Shown: positions 9,096 through 19,758, numbered from the stretch's first letter. The stretch is 64,000 nt of DNA from an uncultured Candidatus Saccharibacteria bacterium (GCA_964398815.1 CAYNNZ010000004.1:8074-72073); one strand, 5' to 3'. Translations and numbers: made by a program. The notes: a model not told the origin generated them from the letters alone.

Positions 9096-9272
9096 CTAGT
9101 TGAACGATACGTCGCCGGACTCTTCGAGACTCCACCCAATGATGCCGATAACCGTGAACGCATAGCCGAGGCCTGACACGATGCCGGAGATGATGGCTAC
9201 GTGATGGAAGAAAAAGGAGAAAAATCCCGCAATCATGAGGAAGATTCCGAACCGCATGATGGTAAGTGGCAT
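9096..9272 (-). CDS. Possible small hydrophobic protein (58 aa)
   Basis: Own translation: MPLTIMRFGIFLMIAGFFSFFFHHVAIISGIVSGLGYAFTVIGIIGWSLEESGDVSFN. It lies directly downstream of the ABC-F gene and is below the ORF-track size cutoff. Confidence 0.3.
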   Translation of the reverse strand: MPLTIMRFGIFLMIAGFFSFFFHHVAIISGIVSGLGYAFTVIGIIGWSLEESGDVSFN

Positions 9273-9294
9273 ATGTCTAGTATATACCGGCCCA

Positions 9295-10851
9295 CTACTC
9301 TTCCGTCAGGTACTGTCGATAATGGTCCTCGGGCTCGATGTCAGACGTGTACGGGTGTAGATATTCGGAGAGTGTTCCAAGCGCAACGCGTATCTTCTTA
9401 TCCTCGAGTACCCATAACTTCCCTGCTATCGCATCGATGAATGCGCGGTCATGCGTGATAGCGAGCACCGTGCCGTCGTATCCCTGTATTGCTTCGACAA
9501 TTGCCTCCCACGTGGGTGGGTCTACATGATTGGTCGGCTCGTCGAGGATGAGGAACTCGGGAGCGAGCGCGAACGTGAGCGCGAGCTTGAATCTCGCCTG
9601 CTGTCCGCCAGAGAGCTGCCAGAGCGGGCGGTCCATAACTGACGGAGCAAGACCATAGCGGCGCAGTGCGCTTCTGCATCTGACTTCGTCCCAGTCGAGC
9701 GTCGACCGCATAACCTCGAGCGCGCTTTGCGTTTCATCAATTCCCTTCAGATGGTCCTGCGTCATTACCTGCCATCGGATATCGTTGCCGATTCGAACCG
9801 TTCCAGAAGAGGGAGTAAGCATTCCCGTGATGAGGGAGAGGAGTGTGGACTTTCCTGAGCCATTCCTGCCAAACACTACTACTTTCTCTCCGAAGCGCAG
9901 TTCGGCATTTGCGTTCTTGAATACTTCTTTCGTTCCATAGGCGAACGAAAGGTCCTTAATTTCGACAAGCAACTTTCCTCCCTTCTGCACGACTGTCGAG
10001 AGCCTGATTTTAGGTTTGTCCGGTTCGGTTCGCGGTGGAGCGTCTGCATGACTCTCTTTCAGTTCCTCGTAGCGACGCTTGGTCTGGCGATAGGTGGCGA
10101 CGCCGCTATCGCTCACCCGAGTTTTCATCTTGAGCATCTCGACGGTCTTCTTTAGGCGTTCCAGTGTTTTGCGTTCCATCTCCCAGTCGCGTCCTGCACC
10201 GGTGAGCACACGGACTTTCTCATCGAGATATTCCTCGTACGTCATGGAGTAGACCGTCAGGTGACCGTTCGCCAGTTCGATGATGGAGTCTGCGAGCGCA
10301 TCAATGAGGTACTGGTCATGTGAAATAAATACGAGACCGCCTCGGTATGCCGAGAGCGCGCGTACGAGCCATTCGATGGTCTGGTAGTCGAGATGGTTTT
10401 CAGGCTCATCGAGCGCAAGAAATGCGGAACCCGTGGCAAGTCCGGCGGCCATTTCTAGTTTCTTAAGTTCCCCGCCAGAGAGGTCTCCGCAGCGCGCACC
10501 TTTGAGACGTTCCTGTGATGCTCCGAGTTCGAATGCGCAGTCAGCCAAAAGCGAAATCGCCTTGCTCACACCGCTCGCAGGCATCCGCGACGCGAGAAAG
10601 TCGTAGGGCGATTGCTCTTCGTCGCCCGAGAAGTCCTGCGGAATATAGACGCATCCAGCATCGAGTCCGAACAATTCCCCCTCATCTGGTTCGAGTTTTC
10701 CGCACAGAATCTTGAGGAGCGTCGATTTGCCTGCACCGTTCTCGCCAACGATTGCCATCTTGGCACCCATGGCAAGCGTGAAAGAAACCCCGGAAAGCGC
10801 CGGAGTCGGTCCGTAGGACTTATGAATATTTTTGAGCGTGATAGTACGCAT
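9295..10851 (-). CDS. ABC-F family ATPase (two tandem ABC domains, no TM domain)
   Basis: Two Walker A motifs (GENGAGKSTLL, GRNGSGKSTLL) and two signature motifs (LSGGELKK, LSGGQQARF) joined by a linker. Typical of ABC-F translation factors. Confidence 0.85.
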   Translation of the reverse strand: MRTITLKNIHKSYGPTPALSGVSFTLAMGAKMAIVGENGAGKSTLLKILCGKLEPDEGELFGLDAGCVYIPQDFSGDEEQSPYDFLASRMPASGVSKAISLLADCAFELGASQERLKGARCGDLSGGELKKLEMAAGLATGSAFLALDEPENHLDYQTIEWLVRALSAYRGGLVFISHDQYLIDALADSIIELANGHLTVYSMTYEEYLDEKVRVLTGAGRDWEMERKTLERLKKTVEMLKMKTRVSDSGVATYRQTKRRYEELKESHADAPPRTEPDKPKIRLSTVVQKGGKLLVEIKDLSFAYGTKEVFKNANAELRFGEKVVVFGRNGSGKSTLLSLITGMLTPSSGTVRIGNDIRWQVMTQDHLKGIDETQSALEVMRSTLDWDEVRCRSALRRYGLAPSVMDRPLWQLSGGQQARFKLALTFALAPEFLILDEPTNHVDPPTWEAIVEAIQGYDGTVLAITHDRAFIDAIAGKLWVLEDKKIRVALGTLSEYLHPYTSDIEPEDHYRQYLTEE

Positions 10852-10877
10852 GGGTGCGCTGCCGAATGTGCAGCCGA

Positions 10878-12443
10878 CTAGACGGAAAGAAGTTTCAGAA
10901 TCTGCTTGCGGTCGCTTGCCCAGAGGAACGTGCCGAGGCGCGGTCCGGTATCACGACCGATGAGCAACATGTAGACATCCTTGAAGAATGCGCGTTGAAC
11001 TCGCTTCAACTCCGCCTCCTCGATTCCAGCTTCCTTCGGTATGTCATAGACGAGCGTTTCGAGTTCCCCGACCGTATCGCCTGCAGTCTCGAGTGCGCTT
11101 CGTAGTCGCTCGATACGCGCTTTCTGTTCGCTACCGAGCGAGTTCGCATACTGTGTGTCTGCCTGTGTTCGTAGTGCAATAACCTCGTCTGGGTTGTACT
11201 TCACGAGCCAGTTGCGCGCGAGTGGCAGTCTCCGCTCAATACTTTCCGTTGAATAGGAAAGTGACAGTGCTTCGAGTATCGCACCGAGTTTGTCTGCCTG
11301 CCATCCCACAATCTGACCAAACGAGACTGCCTGACGGAATGGAATGGCGTCAGTTGCGCCGCGCTCCGTATCAAACTCATCATATTGGCGATAGATTTCG
11401 GTATTGAATGCTAGTTCGAAAGATTGGTCAGGACTCTTGCGGAAATAGAGCCACTTGAGCAGTTCCGGCTCATAGATATCGAGAAGTTCGAGCGGAGAGA
11501 CTGCATTCCCCTTTGAGCCTGACATTTTTGCGCCGAGCCCCTGGATACCCACGAACTTATACTCGACGAATATCGGTGCGGCGTACTCGTAGATGTCGTG
11601 TGCGACAGTCGAGGCGACATCGTAACTGCCTCCTGGCGACGCGTGGTCATGCCCACCCGGCTCGAAGTGAACTTTCTCGTGGCGCCAACGCATCGGCCAG
11701 TCGATTTTCCACGCGAGCTTTGCGATATGTTCCTCGGCTATGTCGACCGTCTCAGTCTGTTTGGTGTCGACACAGAGATAGGTAACGTTCGTACCATCCA
11801 CCTTCTGGACCTTCGTGATGTCCGTTCCCGTAAAGCGGGAATAAACCGCTATCGGGTAGTACGTCTCGCGATATGCCGCCGGATCGATGCCTTTTTCGCC
11901 CTTCGCCTTATCAGTCATGAACGAGAGCAGGATGTCTGCAATCTCAAGTCTTCGGTCGAGTGCTTCACGTATCGCCGCATCATATGCACCACTCTCATGG
12001 AGCTCGGTCTGATTACGGTATTCGATGTCTATGCCGAGCTTTGCCATCGCTTCCACGAACGGTGCCTGGAAGTGTTCCGCGTAGGAGGCATGCTCACCGC
12101 AGAAGTCCGGAATCTTTGAAAGCGGCTTGCCGATATGTTCGACATAGGATTCCGGAACGCCCGCAGGGACTTTGCGGAAGCGGTCAAAGTTGTCCCAAGA
12201 GAATATGAGGCGTGCGTTTTTACCCTTCTCTACAAGCGCATTGCGTACGAGGTGCGCGGTCACTATGTCGCGGAAGTTACCGAAGTGCACGACGCCCGAT
12301 GGACTGATGCCGGCCGCGCAGGTATAGAGCGACTCGTCGGGATGCTGGCGGATTACCTCATCAGCAACATCGCTCGCCCAATTACTGGTCGATTTCAGCT
12401 TTCCGAGGTCAAATCTATTGGTATAGCCTGCGCTTTCTGCCAT
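10878..12443 (-). CDS. lysK: Lysyl-tRNA synthetase, class I
   Basis: Motifs ISPSGVVHFGNFRD (HIGH-like) and KMSGSKGN (KMSKS). 521 aa with the typical class-I LysRS architecture. Confidence 0.9.
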   Translation of the reverse strand: MAESAGYTNRFDLGKLKSTSNWASDVADEVIRQHPDESLYTCAAGISPSGVVHFGNFRDIVTAHLVRNALVEKGKNARLIFSWDNFDRFRKVPAGVPESYVEHIGKPLSKIPDFCGEHASYAEHFQAPFVEAMAKLGIDIEYRNQTELHESGAYDAAIREALDRRLEIADILLSFMTDKAKGEKGIDPAAYRETYYPIAVYSRFTGTDITKVQKVDGTNVTYLCVDTKQTETVDIAEEHIAKLAWKIDWPMRWRHEKVHFEPGGHDHASPGGSYDVASTVAHDIYEYAAPIFVEYKFVGIQGLGAKMSGSKGNAVSPLELLDIYEPELLKWLYFRKSPDQSFELAFNTEIYRQYDEFDTERGATDAIPFRQAVSFGQIVGWQADKLGAILEALSLSYSTESIERRLPLARNWLVKYNPDEVIALRTQADTQYANSLGSEQKARIERLRSALETAGDTVGELETLVYDIPKEAGIEEAELKRVQRAFFKDVYMLLIGRDTGPRLGTFLWASDRKQILKLLSV

Positions 12444-12592
12444 AAAAAGCAGTATGCCACAGGCACGGGCTGCCTAAAACTCCATCTCCTTTGTTACTTC
12501 CTTCTCTCAAACACTCACCGTGCTCAGAGTACGGCTCGTATTTTCGCTCTGTCGCGTCGCGGATATGAAATTTTTGACAGCCCGTGATGTAG

Positions 12593-13117
12593 TTAGTGAA
12601 CAAAAAGGAGAAGGCCGATAAGTGGTGCAGCAAACCACCAGAAGAAGTACTGGTCGGGAGCGAAGAGCGTATTCATCGGCTCCGGGAACGTATAGATATT
12701 CGTGACATGAAAGACATGGTACGCAAGCGCCATCAGGAACGCAGCCGAAAGGAAGGAAAGCACGATACGAGGAAAGATAGATATCATGCCGATACCTCCT
12801 CCAACAAGCCGCTCGCAAAAGATGAACGCAGGAATACAGCCGATACCGAATATGGCGACACTTATGACTGCCTTTATCATCGGCTCACCACCTGCAGCGA
12901 CAATGTCCTTGGTATACGGGAAGACCAGAAAGAGTCCGTACCCGACATAGAAGGACAGCAGGAGCGAAATGATACTCATTCCCGAACGGGAACGGTAGGT
13001 GACGATAATGAAAAGAAGCGTGAGTCCTGCCAGAATGATGAAATTGCTGGCAATGCTCCAGGAATTGTTCACCACCATGAGGGTGACGTCCGAGACCTGC
13101 TGGGCTATTTGGTCCAT
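12593..13117 (-). CDS. Hypothetical polytopic membrane protein
   Basis: 174 aa with 5-6 hydrophobic helices. The antisense + ORF is highly charged, the usual artefact of reading a TM gene backwards. Confidence 0.6.
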   Translation of the reverse strand: MDQIAQQVSDVTLMVVNNSWSIASNFIILAGLTLLFIIVTYRSRSGMSIISLLLSFYVGYGLFLVFPYTKDIVAAGGEPMIKAVISVAIFGIGCIPAFIFCERLVGGGIGMISIFPRIVLSFLSAAFLMALAYHVFHVTNIYTFPEPMNTLFAPDQYFFWWFAAPLIGLLLFVH

Positions 13118-13134
13118 ACGGGACAGTATAGCCC

Positions 13135-14967
13135 CTACACTTCTACCGTATCGTTATTGTCCTCCGTCTCGTTTCTTTCCTCTTCTCCACCAAGGAACCC
13201 GCCCGCCTGGATGCTCCACAGTTTGTGATAGAGCCCACGCTGCGCCAGCAGCTCGTCGTGCGTACCCTTAGCGACAATGGCGCCATCTTCCATCACAACA
13301 ATCCGGTCCATTTTCATGATGGTTGAGAGGCGGTGCGCGATGACAATGACCGTCTTGCCCTGCATGAGAGTATCGAGCGCTTCCTGGATGTAGTGCTCGC
13401 TCTCGGAATCGAGCGATGAGGTCGCCTCATCCAAGATAAGGATTGGTGCATTCTTCAGGATTGCGCGCGCAATAGCGACACGCTGACGCTCGCCACCGGA
13501 CAACTTCACTCCGCGCTCACCGACGTAGGTCTGGTACCCATCTTTGAAGGAAGAGATGAATTCATGCGCATGGGCCTGTTTCGCCGCTGCGATAACTTCC
13601 TCGTCAGTCGCATCACGTCTGCCATAGCGAATGTTCTCCATGAGCGTGCGATGGAAAAGTATTGGCTCTTGTGGGACGTAGCCAATTGCCGCACGCAAAC
13701 TTTCCTGCGTCACAGTGCGGATGTTCTGGTCGTCTATCTCGACCGCTCCTGCGTTCACGTCATAGAAACGCAGAAGCAGCTTTGTAACAGTGGACTTACC
13801 CGCACCTGACGGTCCGACAAGCGCGACCTTAAGCCCACCTGGTATCACCATCGAGTAATCACGCATAACCGGACTACCATCATGGAATCCGAAATCAACT
13901 TGGCGGAATGCCACTTCTCCACGAATGACATTGAGCGGCTTCGCGTCAGGCAAATCCTTCACGCCATGCGGCTCTTCGAGAATTTCCACCATCTCGCTTG
14001 CGTCTGCGAGCGCAGAGAAGAACCGGCGCAGGTTCATGTTGATGAACACGAGTCGATCGAAGGTGGTGATGAGATACGCCTGAATGAGAATGAAGTCACC
14101 CACGGTAAGACCTCCCTGCTGCCAGAGGTGTATCGCGAGCCAGAGCACGCTGATTTCCGTCAGCATGAATACGATGCCAAGCGCTGACCATATGACCTCG
14201 TCTGCCGTCCAGGACCGGTTCGTAACCTTTCGCCATTGCTCGACCGCTTTGCGGAACAGCTCGTGCTCATGATGCTGGCCCGAGAAGAGCGTGACGGTTG
14301 TCTGGTTGCTTATCGCGTCAGCAAGCGCGCCAGAGACCTTACTTTCCTCTTCGGACGCAGCAACGCGTAGCGGCTGGCGCCAGCGTGCCAGCTGCACCTG
14401 CAGAATGGTGATGATGACTGCCCATACGAGAAGCGCCATACCCAGCATCGCGTTCCTTTGCCAGAGCACCCATATGGCACCGACAATGAACGTAACTGCA
14501 GGTAAAAACTGAAGGAATACATTGTCTGTAATGGTCTCGAAGGCATCTGCGAGCTTGCGCACGCGCCTCGTAAGCGTCCCCGTGAACTGGTTCGCAAAGA
14601 ACTGCTGCGAGTGCGCCATCAGGTATTCGAATGCCTGAGTGGAGAGGTCCGCCATGATGCGGGTCTCCATCATCATGATTGCGAAATTTCCTATGCGGCG
14701 TGCCACCCACTCGAGCACGTACATGAGTGCGAGGAATCCAAGCACATGGATGAGTCCCGAGACGATTTCAGGTGAGGGAGTTGCCTGCGCAATCGTGTTG
14801 AAGAGCTGACGCAGGAAGAGCGGTGCTGCAAGTTGGGTGAGCTGCAGGCCGATACTTGCGAGAACGACAATGGCAACAAGCCCCAGGTGCTTCCTGAGTG
14901 CTTTTGTATACACCGTCATTACGGAGCGAAAACTCGCCCCCTTCTTTTTGGGAGCCGACATGGCCAT
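13135..14967 (-). CDS. ABC transporter, fused permease/ATPase (type I exporter, MsbA-like)
   Basis: N-terminal 6-TM domain; C-terminal GPSGAGKST, LSGGERQRVAIARA, ILILDEATSSLD. Confidence 0.85.
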   Translation of the reverse strand: MAMSAPKKKGASFRSVMTVYTKALRKHLGLVAIVVLASIGLQLTQLAAPLFLRQLFNTIAQATPSPEIVSGLIHVLGFLALMYVLEWVARRIGNFAIMMMETRIMADLSTQAFEYLMAHSQQFFANQFTGTLTRRVRKLADAFETITDNVFLQFLPAVTFIVGAIWVLWQRNAMLGMALLVWAVIITILQVQLARWRQPLRVAASEEESKVSGALADAISNQTTVTLFSGQHHEHELFRKAVEQWRKVTNRSWTADEVIWSALGIVFMLTEISVLWLAIHLWQQGGLTVGDFILIQAYLITTFDRLVFINMNLRRFFSALADASEMVEILEEPHGVKDLPDAKPLNVIRGEVAFRQVDFGFHDGSPVMRDYSMVIPGGLKVALVGPSGAGKSTVTKLLLRFYDVNAGAVEIDDQNIRTVTQESLRAAIGYVPQEPILFHRTLMENIRYGRRDATDEEVIAAAKQAHAHEFISSFKDGYQTYVGERGVKLSGGERQRVAIARAILKNAPILILDEATSSLDSESEHYIQEALDTLMQGKTVIVIAHRLSTIMKMDRIVVMEDGAIVAKGTHDELLAQRGLYHKLWSIQAGGFLGGEEERNETEDNNDTVEV

Positions 14968-15004
14968 AAAGTATTTATGTTAGCACGCGCACGTGTTTGG
15001 ATTT

Positions 15005-16078
15005 TTATAATCCCTCAGATTTCAGGTCTTCAATTGCTTTTTTTGCTTTGCCGGAAAGTTTCTTCGGCAGTGTTGTCGTAACACGGATGAGCAGGTCTCC
15101 TGTACCGTGCTCGTAGTGCACTCCCTTGCCGCGTATGCGCAGAATCTCTTCAGTCTTTGACATGGGTGGAACCTTCACTTCAAGTACCTTGTCATCAATA
15201 GTCGTGACCGATACGGAGGTGCCGAGAAGCGCATCGGTAAGCTTCACCGGAAGATCCATAGTGAGATGCGCGCCTTCCTTTCGGAACACGGCATGCGGCT
15301 TCACGTGCACCTTTACATAGAGGTCGCCCGAGACGCCGCCCTTTACCGCCTCTCCCATTCCTGGCATGCGAATCATCTCGCCGCCATCGATTCCGCGCGG
15401 AATGTCGATATTGAGCTCGACTTCGCGTTTAAGGACTCCATGACCTTTGCAGTTCTCACAGACTTCCTTCGGTACCTTGCCGGAGCCTTCGCAGGCAGGA
15501 CAGACCGTCTGCATCTGTATCGCGCCCATGATGGTCTGACGCGTCTCGTGGATGCGGCCGGCACCATTACAGGTCTTGCAAGTCTCGAGCTCGGTGTTCG
15601 GCTTCGCACCGGTGCCCGTACAGACTTCGCACTTGTCTACCTTGCTAATCAGGATAGAACGCTTACCGCCCAATATGGATTCCTTGAACGTCACCTCGAT
15701 GTCTACGGAGATATCACGCCCTCGCTTCATACGCGTTCCGCGGGAGCCGCCAAAGATGTCGCCGAAGCCTTCGAAGATATCACCGAAGTCGAACTCCACT
15801 CCGCCGTTATTGAATCCACTGAACTGTGAAGGATCGAATCCGAACCCGCCAGCAGGACCACCTCCTCCCCCATTGAATGTCTGGCCGTAGGAGTCGTACT
15901 CACGACGCTTCTTCTCGTCGGAAAGCACGGAGTAGGCCTCCGTGATTTCCTTGAAGCGCGCCTCATCGCCACCTTTGTCCGGGTGGTGCTTCTGGGCGAG
16001 TTTGCGGAACGCCTTCTTTATGTCGTCCTGAGTCGCTTTCTTTTCGACTCCGAGCGTTTCGTAGTAGTTCTTAGCCAT
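15005..16078 (-). CDS. dnaJ: Chaperone DnaJ
   Basis: J-domain [11 protein letters not shown]...HPDK, G/F-rich region, four CxxCxGxG zinc-finger repeats. Start taken at the MAKNYY ATG. Confidence 0.9.
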   Translation of the reverse strand: MAKNYYETLGVEKKATQDDIKKAFRKLAQKHHPDKGGDEARFKEITEAYSVLSDEKKRREYDSYGQTFNGGGGGPAGGFGFDPSQFSGFNNGGVEFDFGDIFEGFGDIFGGSRGTRMKRGRDISVDIEVTFKESILGGKRSILISKVDKCEVCTGTGAKPNTELETCKTCNGAGRIHETRQTIMGAIQMQTVCPACEGSGKVPKEVCENCKGHGVLKREVELNIDIPRGIDGGEMIRMPGMGEAVKGGVSGDLYVKVHVKPHAVFRKEGAHLTMDLPVKLTDALLGTSVSVTTIDDKVLEVKVPPMSKTEEILRIRGKGVHYEHGTGDLLIRVTTTLPKKLSGKAKKAIEDLKSEGL

Positions 16079-16174
16079 GAGGTGGTCAGTATACCCCAAG
16101 CGATTTTTTGTATCAAAAGAGACGCCGCCCGGATATTCTCCGGGCGGCAGGCCGAACAGGTCGGCGATTGTTGT

Positions 16175-16453
16175 TCAGGCGGTGTGTTCGTAGCCAGCGA
16201 TGGTCCCACGGGCGCCGCGGCGATGCCGCTTCAGGTCGGGGTGCTGCTTTTGCAGGCGACGAGTCGCCTCGTTCACCTCGTCGAGAGTCGGTGCACGAAT
16301 CTCAAAGAGCGTCCTCGGAAACCAGATGCCCCAGAACGAGAGGTTCTGCCGACGATGCCGGATTTTCCGGACCTCCTTGCACACGTCCTGCTGTGAGATG
16401 GTGCCATCCTTGGCGCGGATGACCTCCCACACATCCTCATCGAGCTGCCTCAT
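16175..16453 (-). CDS. Hypothetical protein (92 aa)
   Basis: ORF between dnaK and dnaJ. Its start overlaps the upstream gene's stop (ATGA). Confidence 0.45.
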   Translation of the reverse strand: MRQLDEDVWEVIRAKDGTISQQDVCKEVRKIRHRRQNLSFWGIWFPRTLFEIRAPTLDEVNEATRRLQKQHPDLKRHRRGARGTIAGYEHTA

Positions 16454-16773
16454 TGGTCGTCCTCCCTTTTCTTACGGAACCATGAGCGGTTCAGCTTTGC
16501 GGGTTTCTCACCCTCTTGGCTCATGGTTGCGCCCATGAGCACGCGTCCGTCCGCATGCAGAAGTGTCAGCATGAACGGAGTCTGGCAATGTCTGCGGGAT
16601 TGTCCCTCGACCAGCTCGATGGTCTCAACAAAGAACGGCCCGTTCGACTGGTACTTGCGCTTCATGCTTTCGAGAAGTCCCGTATCCTCCTTGCGGGCGG
16701 GCGGGTCCTCGAAGTAGAGCGGTTCGCCGACGACGACGTCGGGAACCGGGTCTGGTTCGATGTCATCGCTCAT
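16450..16773 (-). CDS. Hypothetical protein (107 aa)
   Basis: ORF translationally coupled (ATGA overlap) to the downstream 92-aa gene. No recognised domain. Confidence 0.45.
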   Translation of the reverse strand: MSDDIEPDPVPDVVVGEPLYFEDPPARKEDTGLLESMKRKYQSNGPFFVETIELVEGQSRRHCQTPFMLTLLHADGRVLMGATMSQEGEKPAKLNRSWFRKKREDDQ

Positions 16774-16791
16774 AGCGAGTTCCTTTCAGGG

Positions 16792-17154
16792 TTATGCCGG
16801 GACAAAAATCGGCGGGATGAAAACGCGACGACGCTTCTTGGGCGGCATTCGCGGCGCATCAGGCGAAATTCTCCACTCGAGCGCGCTGTGGCTTTCGTCG
16901 GAATATTGGGACTCTGCACGTCCGAGACGACGAAGTCCCTCAAGGGCGCTGTGCACGCGACCGAGCGATACACGGTGCCCACAGTTCCAGAGAACCCCAC
17001 GGATGCGAGGCTCGCTCCACCAGCTGCTGCCGGTGTAGCCGACGGCCGTCTGGATGAAGAATGCAGTCTGGTTGATACGCGCATTCAAGATGCGAGGCAC
17101 CGCAAGCGCGACGGTGATGAGCCCAATGAGGGCCAACAGAGGCAAAATGTTCAT
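16792..17154 (-). CDS. Hypothetical protein with N-terminal TM/signal segment (120 aa)
   Basis: ORF directly downstream of dnaK with a hydrophobic N-terminus. The competing + ORF 16516..17229 is Arg-rich junk. Confidence 0.4.
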   Translation of the reverse strand: MNILPLLALIGLITVALAVPRILNARINQTAFFIQTAVGYTGSSWWSEPRIRGVLWNCGHRVSLGRVHSALEGLRRLGRAESQYSDESHSALEWRISPDAPRMPPKKRRRVFIPPIFVPA

Positions 17155-17229
17155 GGCTTGTGCCCTCCTGCCCGTGTTATAGCACAGCAGAAAGCAAAAG
17201 CGACCTGGTTTCCCAGGTCGCTTTTGTAG

Positions 17230-19137
17230 TTACCCTGCCTTCGGCTCTTCCGGCGGTTTCTCCGTGAATTCCGCGTCCGTTGCGCCTCCTTCTGGCTGAG
17301 CACCGGCGTCAGGCGCTGCTCCCTGTGCCTGCTGGTCCTTCATCATCGCCTCGCCAATCTTGCTGAGCGATGCACCAAGCGCATCAGATGCCGACTTGAT
17401 AGCATCGAGGTCTTCGCCTTCATGTGCAGTACGAAGCGTTGCGACCTTCTCGTTCACCTCGGTCTTCACGTCATCAGCGACCTTGTCGCCCGCATCCTTG
17501 ACTGCCTTCTCTGCGGTGTAGATAAGCTGCTCAGCGATGTTCTTCGCTTCGACGATATCTTTACGCTTTGCGTCGTCGGATGCATGCGCCTCAGCATCTG
17601 CCTTCATCTTGTCGATGTCAGCCTGCGAGAGTCCGGTCGAGCCCTCGATGCGAATGCTCTGCTCCTTTCCGGTCGTCTTCTCCTTTGCCTTCACGGTGAG
17701 GATGCCGTTAGAGTCCACGTCGAAGGTCACCTCAACCTGCGGCATGCCACGCGGTGCTGGCGGGATGCCATCGAGCATGAAGTTGCCGAGCGACTTGTTG
17801 TCGGCAGACATCGCGCGCTCTCCCTGCGTGACGTGGATTTCCACGCTCGTCTGGTTATCGCTTGCAGTCGAGAACGTCTGCGAGCGCGAGGTAGGAATGG
17901 CAGTGTTACGCTCGATGAGCTTGGTGGCGACACCTCCCATGGTCTCGATAGAAAGAGAAAGAGGAATCACGTCGACGAGGAGAATGTCCTTCACATCACC
18001 TTGGAGGATGCCGGCCTGGATAGCGGCACCGATAGCGACCACTTCGTCCGGATTCACACCCATGTGCGGCTCCTTGCCGAAAAGTTCCTTCACGCGCTGC
18101 TGAATGAGCGGCATGCGCGTCTGACCGCCCACCATGACGATTTCATTGATATCACCCGGCTTCATGCCAGCGGCCTCGAGCGCGCGCTTGGTGATTTCCA
18201 TCGAGCGGTCGATGTATTCGCCTGCGAGGCTCTCGAGCGTCGCGCGGCTGAGCTTAATCAGAAGATGCTGCGGCGTACCGTCCTGACCAACCGTGATGAA
18301 CGGAATGTTCACCTCGGTCTCGCTTGCGGACGAAAGCTCGTGCTTTGCCTTTTCTGCCGCCTCATCCATGCGCTGAAGCGCGAGTGGGTCCTTTGCAATA
18401 TCGAGTCCAGACTCTTTCTTGAACTCATCTGCAATCCACCGGACAATTTTCTGGTCGATGTCGCGACCACCCATGTGGCTGTCACCGTCAGTGGATTTCA
18501 CTTCAATGACGTCGTCGCCCACTTCAAGAATCGAGACGTCGAAGGTACCGCCCCCGAAGTCGTAGACGGCGATTTTCTCATCCTTCTTCTTATTGAATCC
18601 GTATGCGAGCGCTGCGGCCGTCGGCTCGTTGATGATGCGCTTCACATTGAGGCCAGCGACCTCACCTGCTGCCTTGGTCGCTGCGCGCTGCGCATCGTCA
18701 AAGTATGCCGGTACCGTAATGACTGCTTCGGTGATTTTCTCACCGAGCTTTGCTTCCGCGTCGGCCTTCAGCTTGCCGAGAATCATTGCGGACACTTCCT
18801 CAGGACGATAGTCCTTATCACCCAAGTGCACCTGCACGCCACCATCAGCTCCTGCCTTTATCTCGTACGGGACAATGTCCTTGTCCTTCGTAACGACGTC
18901 ATCGCCGAAGCGATGGCCCATGAAGCGCTTGATGCCGTAGATGGTGTTCTTCGGATTCGTTACGGCCTGACGCTTCGCGAGTGTGCCGACAAGACGCTCG
19001 CCGTTCTTCGCGATAGCAACAATGGATGGAGTAGTGCGCTGACCCTCAGCATTCTCGAGAACGCGTGGCTCACCACCCTCCATGATTGCCATGGCGGAAT
19101 TAGTCGTGCCCAAATCGATACCAAGTATCTTTGCCAT
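17230..19137 (-). CDS. dnaK: Chaperone DnaK (Hsp70)
   Basis: [26 protein letters not shown] and other Hsp70 signatures; 635 aa. Confidence 0.97.
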   Translation of the reverse strand: MAKILGIDLGTTNSAMAIMEGGEPRVLENAEGQRTTPSIVAIAKNGERLVGTLAKRQAVTNPKNTIYGIKRFMGHRFGDDVVTKDKDIVPYEIKAGADGGVQVHLGDKDYRPEEVSAMILGKLKADAEAKLGEKITEAVITVPAYFDDAQRAATKAAGEVAGLNVKRIINEPTAAALAYGFNKKKDEKIAVYDFGGGTFDVSILEVGDDVIEVKSTDGDSHMGGRDIDQKIVRWIADEFKKESGLDIAKDPLALQRMDEAAEKAKHELSSASETEVNIPFITVGQDGTPQHLLIKLSRATLESLAGEYIDRSMEITKRALEAAGMKPGDINEIVMVGGQTRMPLIQQRVKELFGKEPHMGVNPDEVVAIGAAIQAGILQGDVKDILLVDVIPLSLSIETMGGVATKLIERNTAIPTSRSQTFSTASDNQTSVEIHVTQGERAMSADNKSLGNFMLDGIPPAPRGMPQVEVTFDVDSNGILTVKAKEKTTGKEQSIRIEGSTGLSQADIDKMKADAEAHASDDAKRKDIVEAKNIAEQLIYTAEKAVKDAGDKVADDVKTEVNEKVATLRTAHEGEDLDAIKSASDALGASLSKIGEAMMKDQQAQGAAPDAGAQPEGGATDAEFTEKPPEEPKAG

Positions 19138-19227
19138 ATCAAATGCTTCTTAGCGGTTAGTAATCGGGCTGCCCAAATGTGCCCTGTTGTCTCTTATTTT
19201 ACGCCTGTTGAATGAAGGCTTCAAGTT

Positions 19228-19758
19228 CTAGCCCTCGAAGTGTCCAACGCGGACTTTAGCTGGCCGAACCACGACGCCACCGGCGCGCCAGCCATGCTCG
19301 AGTACCGCGGTTACCGTATCGTCCTCACGTGCTGAGGACACTGGGTCCTGTCCCAGTGCCTCATGCATCGTCGGGTCAAACTGTTCACCCGTCGTACCGA
19401 ATTGCTCAAGCCCAAGACTCTTCGCACCCTCGTGGAGCTGTCGCGCAATGCCCGCGAATGCCTCAGGAATTTCTCCCGCAGCTTCTGCGCGAGCCAGCGA
19501 GTCCATCGCTGGTAAGAATGCGCGAGCGGAGCGGACGACACCCATACCGACGGCGGCGCCCTTTTCCTCATCGAAGCGCTTAAGCGCGTTTACATAGTCT
19601 GCCTTTGCGCGCTGCCAGCCATCGAGGTACTCCTGCTTTTCTTTACGCGCGCGCTCGAGGTCTTCTTTCATTTTGCCGAGCTTGTCCTTCACACCCTTGC
19701 CCTCGGCACCGAGCTCCTCAGAACCGTCGGCTTCAATAGTGAGTTCGTCGTCCTGCAT
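19228..19758 (-). CDS. grpE: Nucleotide exchange factor GrpE
   Basis: C-terminal FDPTMHEAL...V.R.GW...G.V.RPA.V.V GrpE signature; 176 aa, upstream of dnaK. Confidence 0.9.
   Translation of the reverse strand: MQDDELTIEADGSEELGAEGKGVKDKLGKMKEDLERARKEKQEYLDGWQRAKADYVNALKRFDEEKGAAVGMGVVRSARAFLPAMDSLARAEAAGEIPEAFAGIARQLHEGAKSLGLEQFGTTGEQFDPTMHEALGQDPVSSAREDDTVTAVLEHGWRAGGVVVRPAKVRVGHFEG

Noticed and set aside
12596-13228. 210-aa plus-strand ORF rich in K/E/D/R/H
   Set aside because: It is the antisense of a polytopic membrane-protein gene, where NTN codons read backwards give charged NAN codons. The minus strand encodes a convincing TM protein.
14970-15004. CIRCE/HrcA operator near dnaJ (TTAGCACGCGCACGTG)
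   Set aside because: Only a partial match to TTAGCACTC-N9-GAGTGCTAA. It has no inverted partner and lies downstream, not upstream, of dnaJ.
16516-17229. 237-aa plus-strand ORF across the dnaK-dnaJ spacer
   Set aside because: Arg-rich and low complexity. The three co-directional minus-strand ORFs have better composition and ATGA coupling, although they are themselves only moderate-confidence.
17422-19215. 597-aa plus-strand ORF, plus 17537..18103
   Set aside because: Lies entirely antisense to dnaK. Its composition is Arg/Leu/His/Cys-rich, typical of reverse-frame artefacts, and dnaK is unambiguous.
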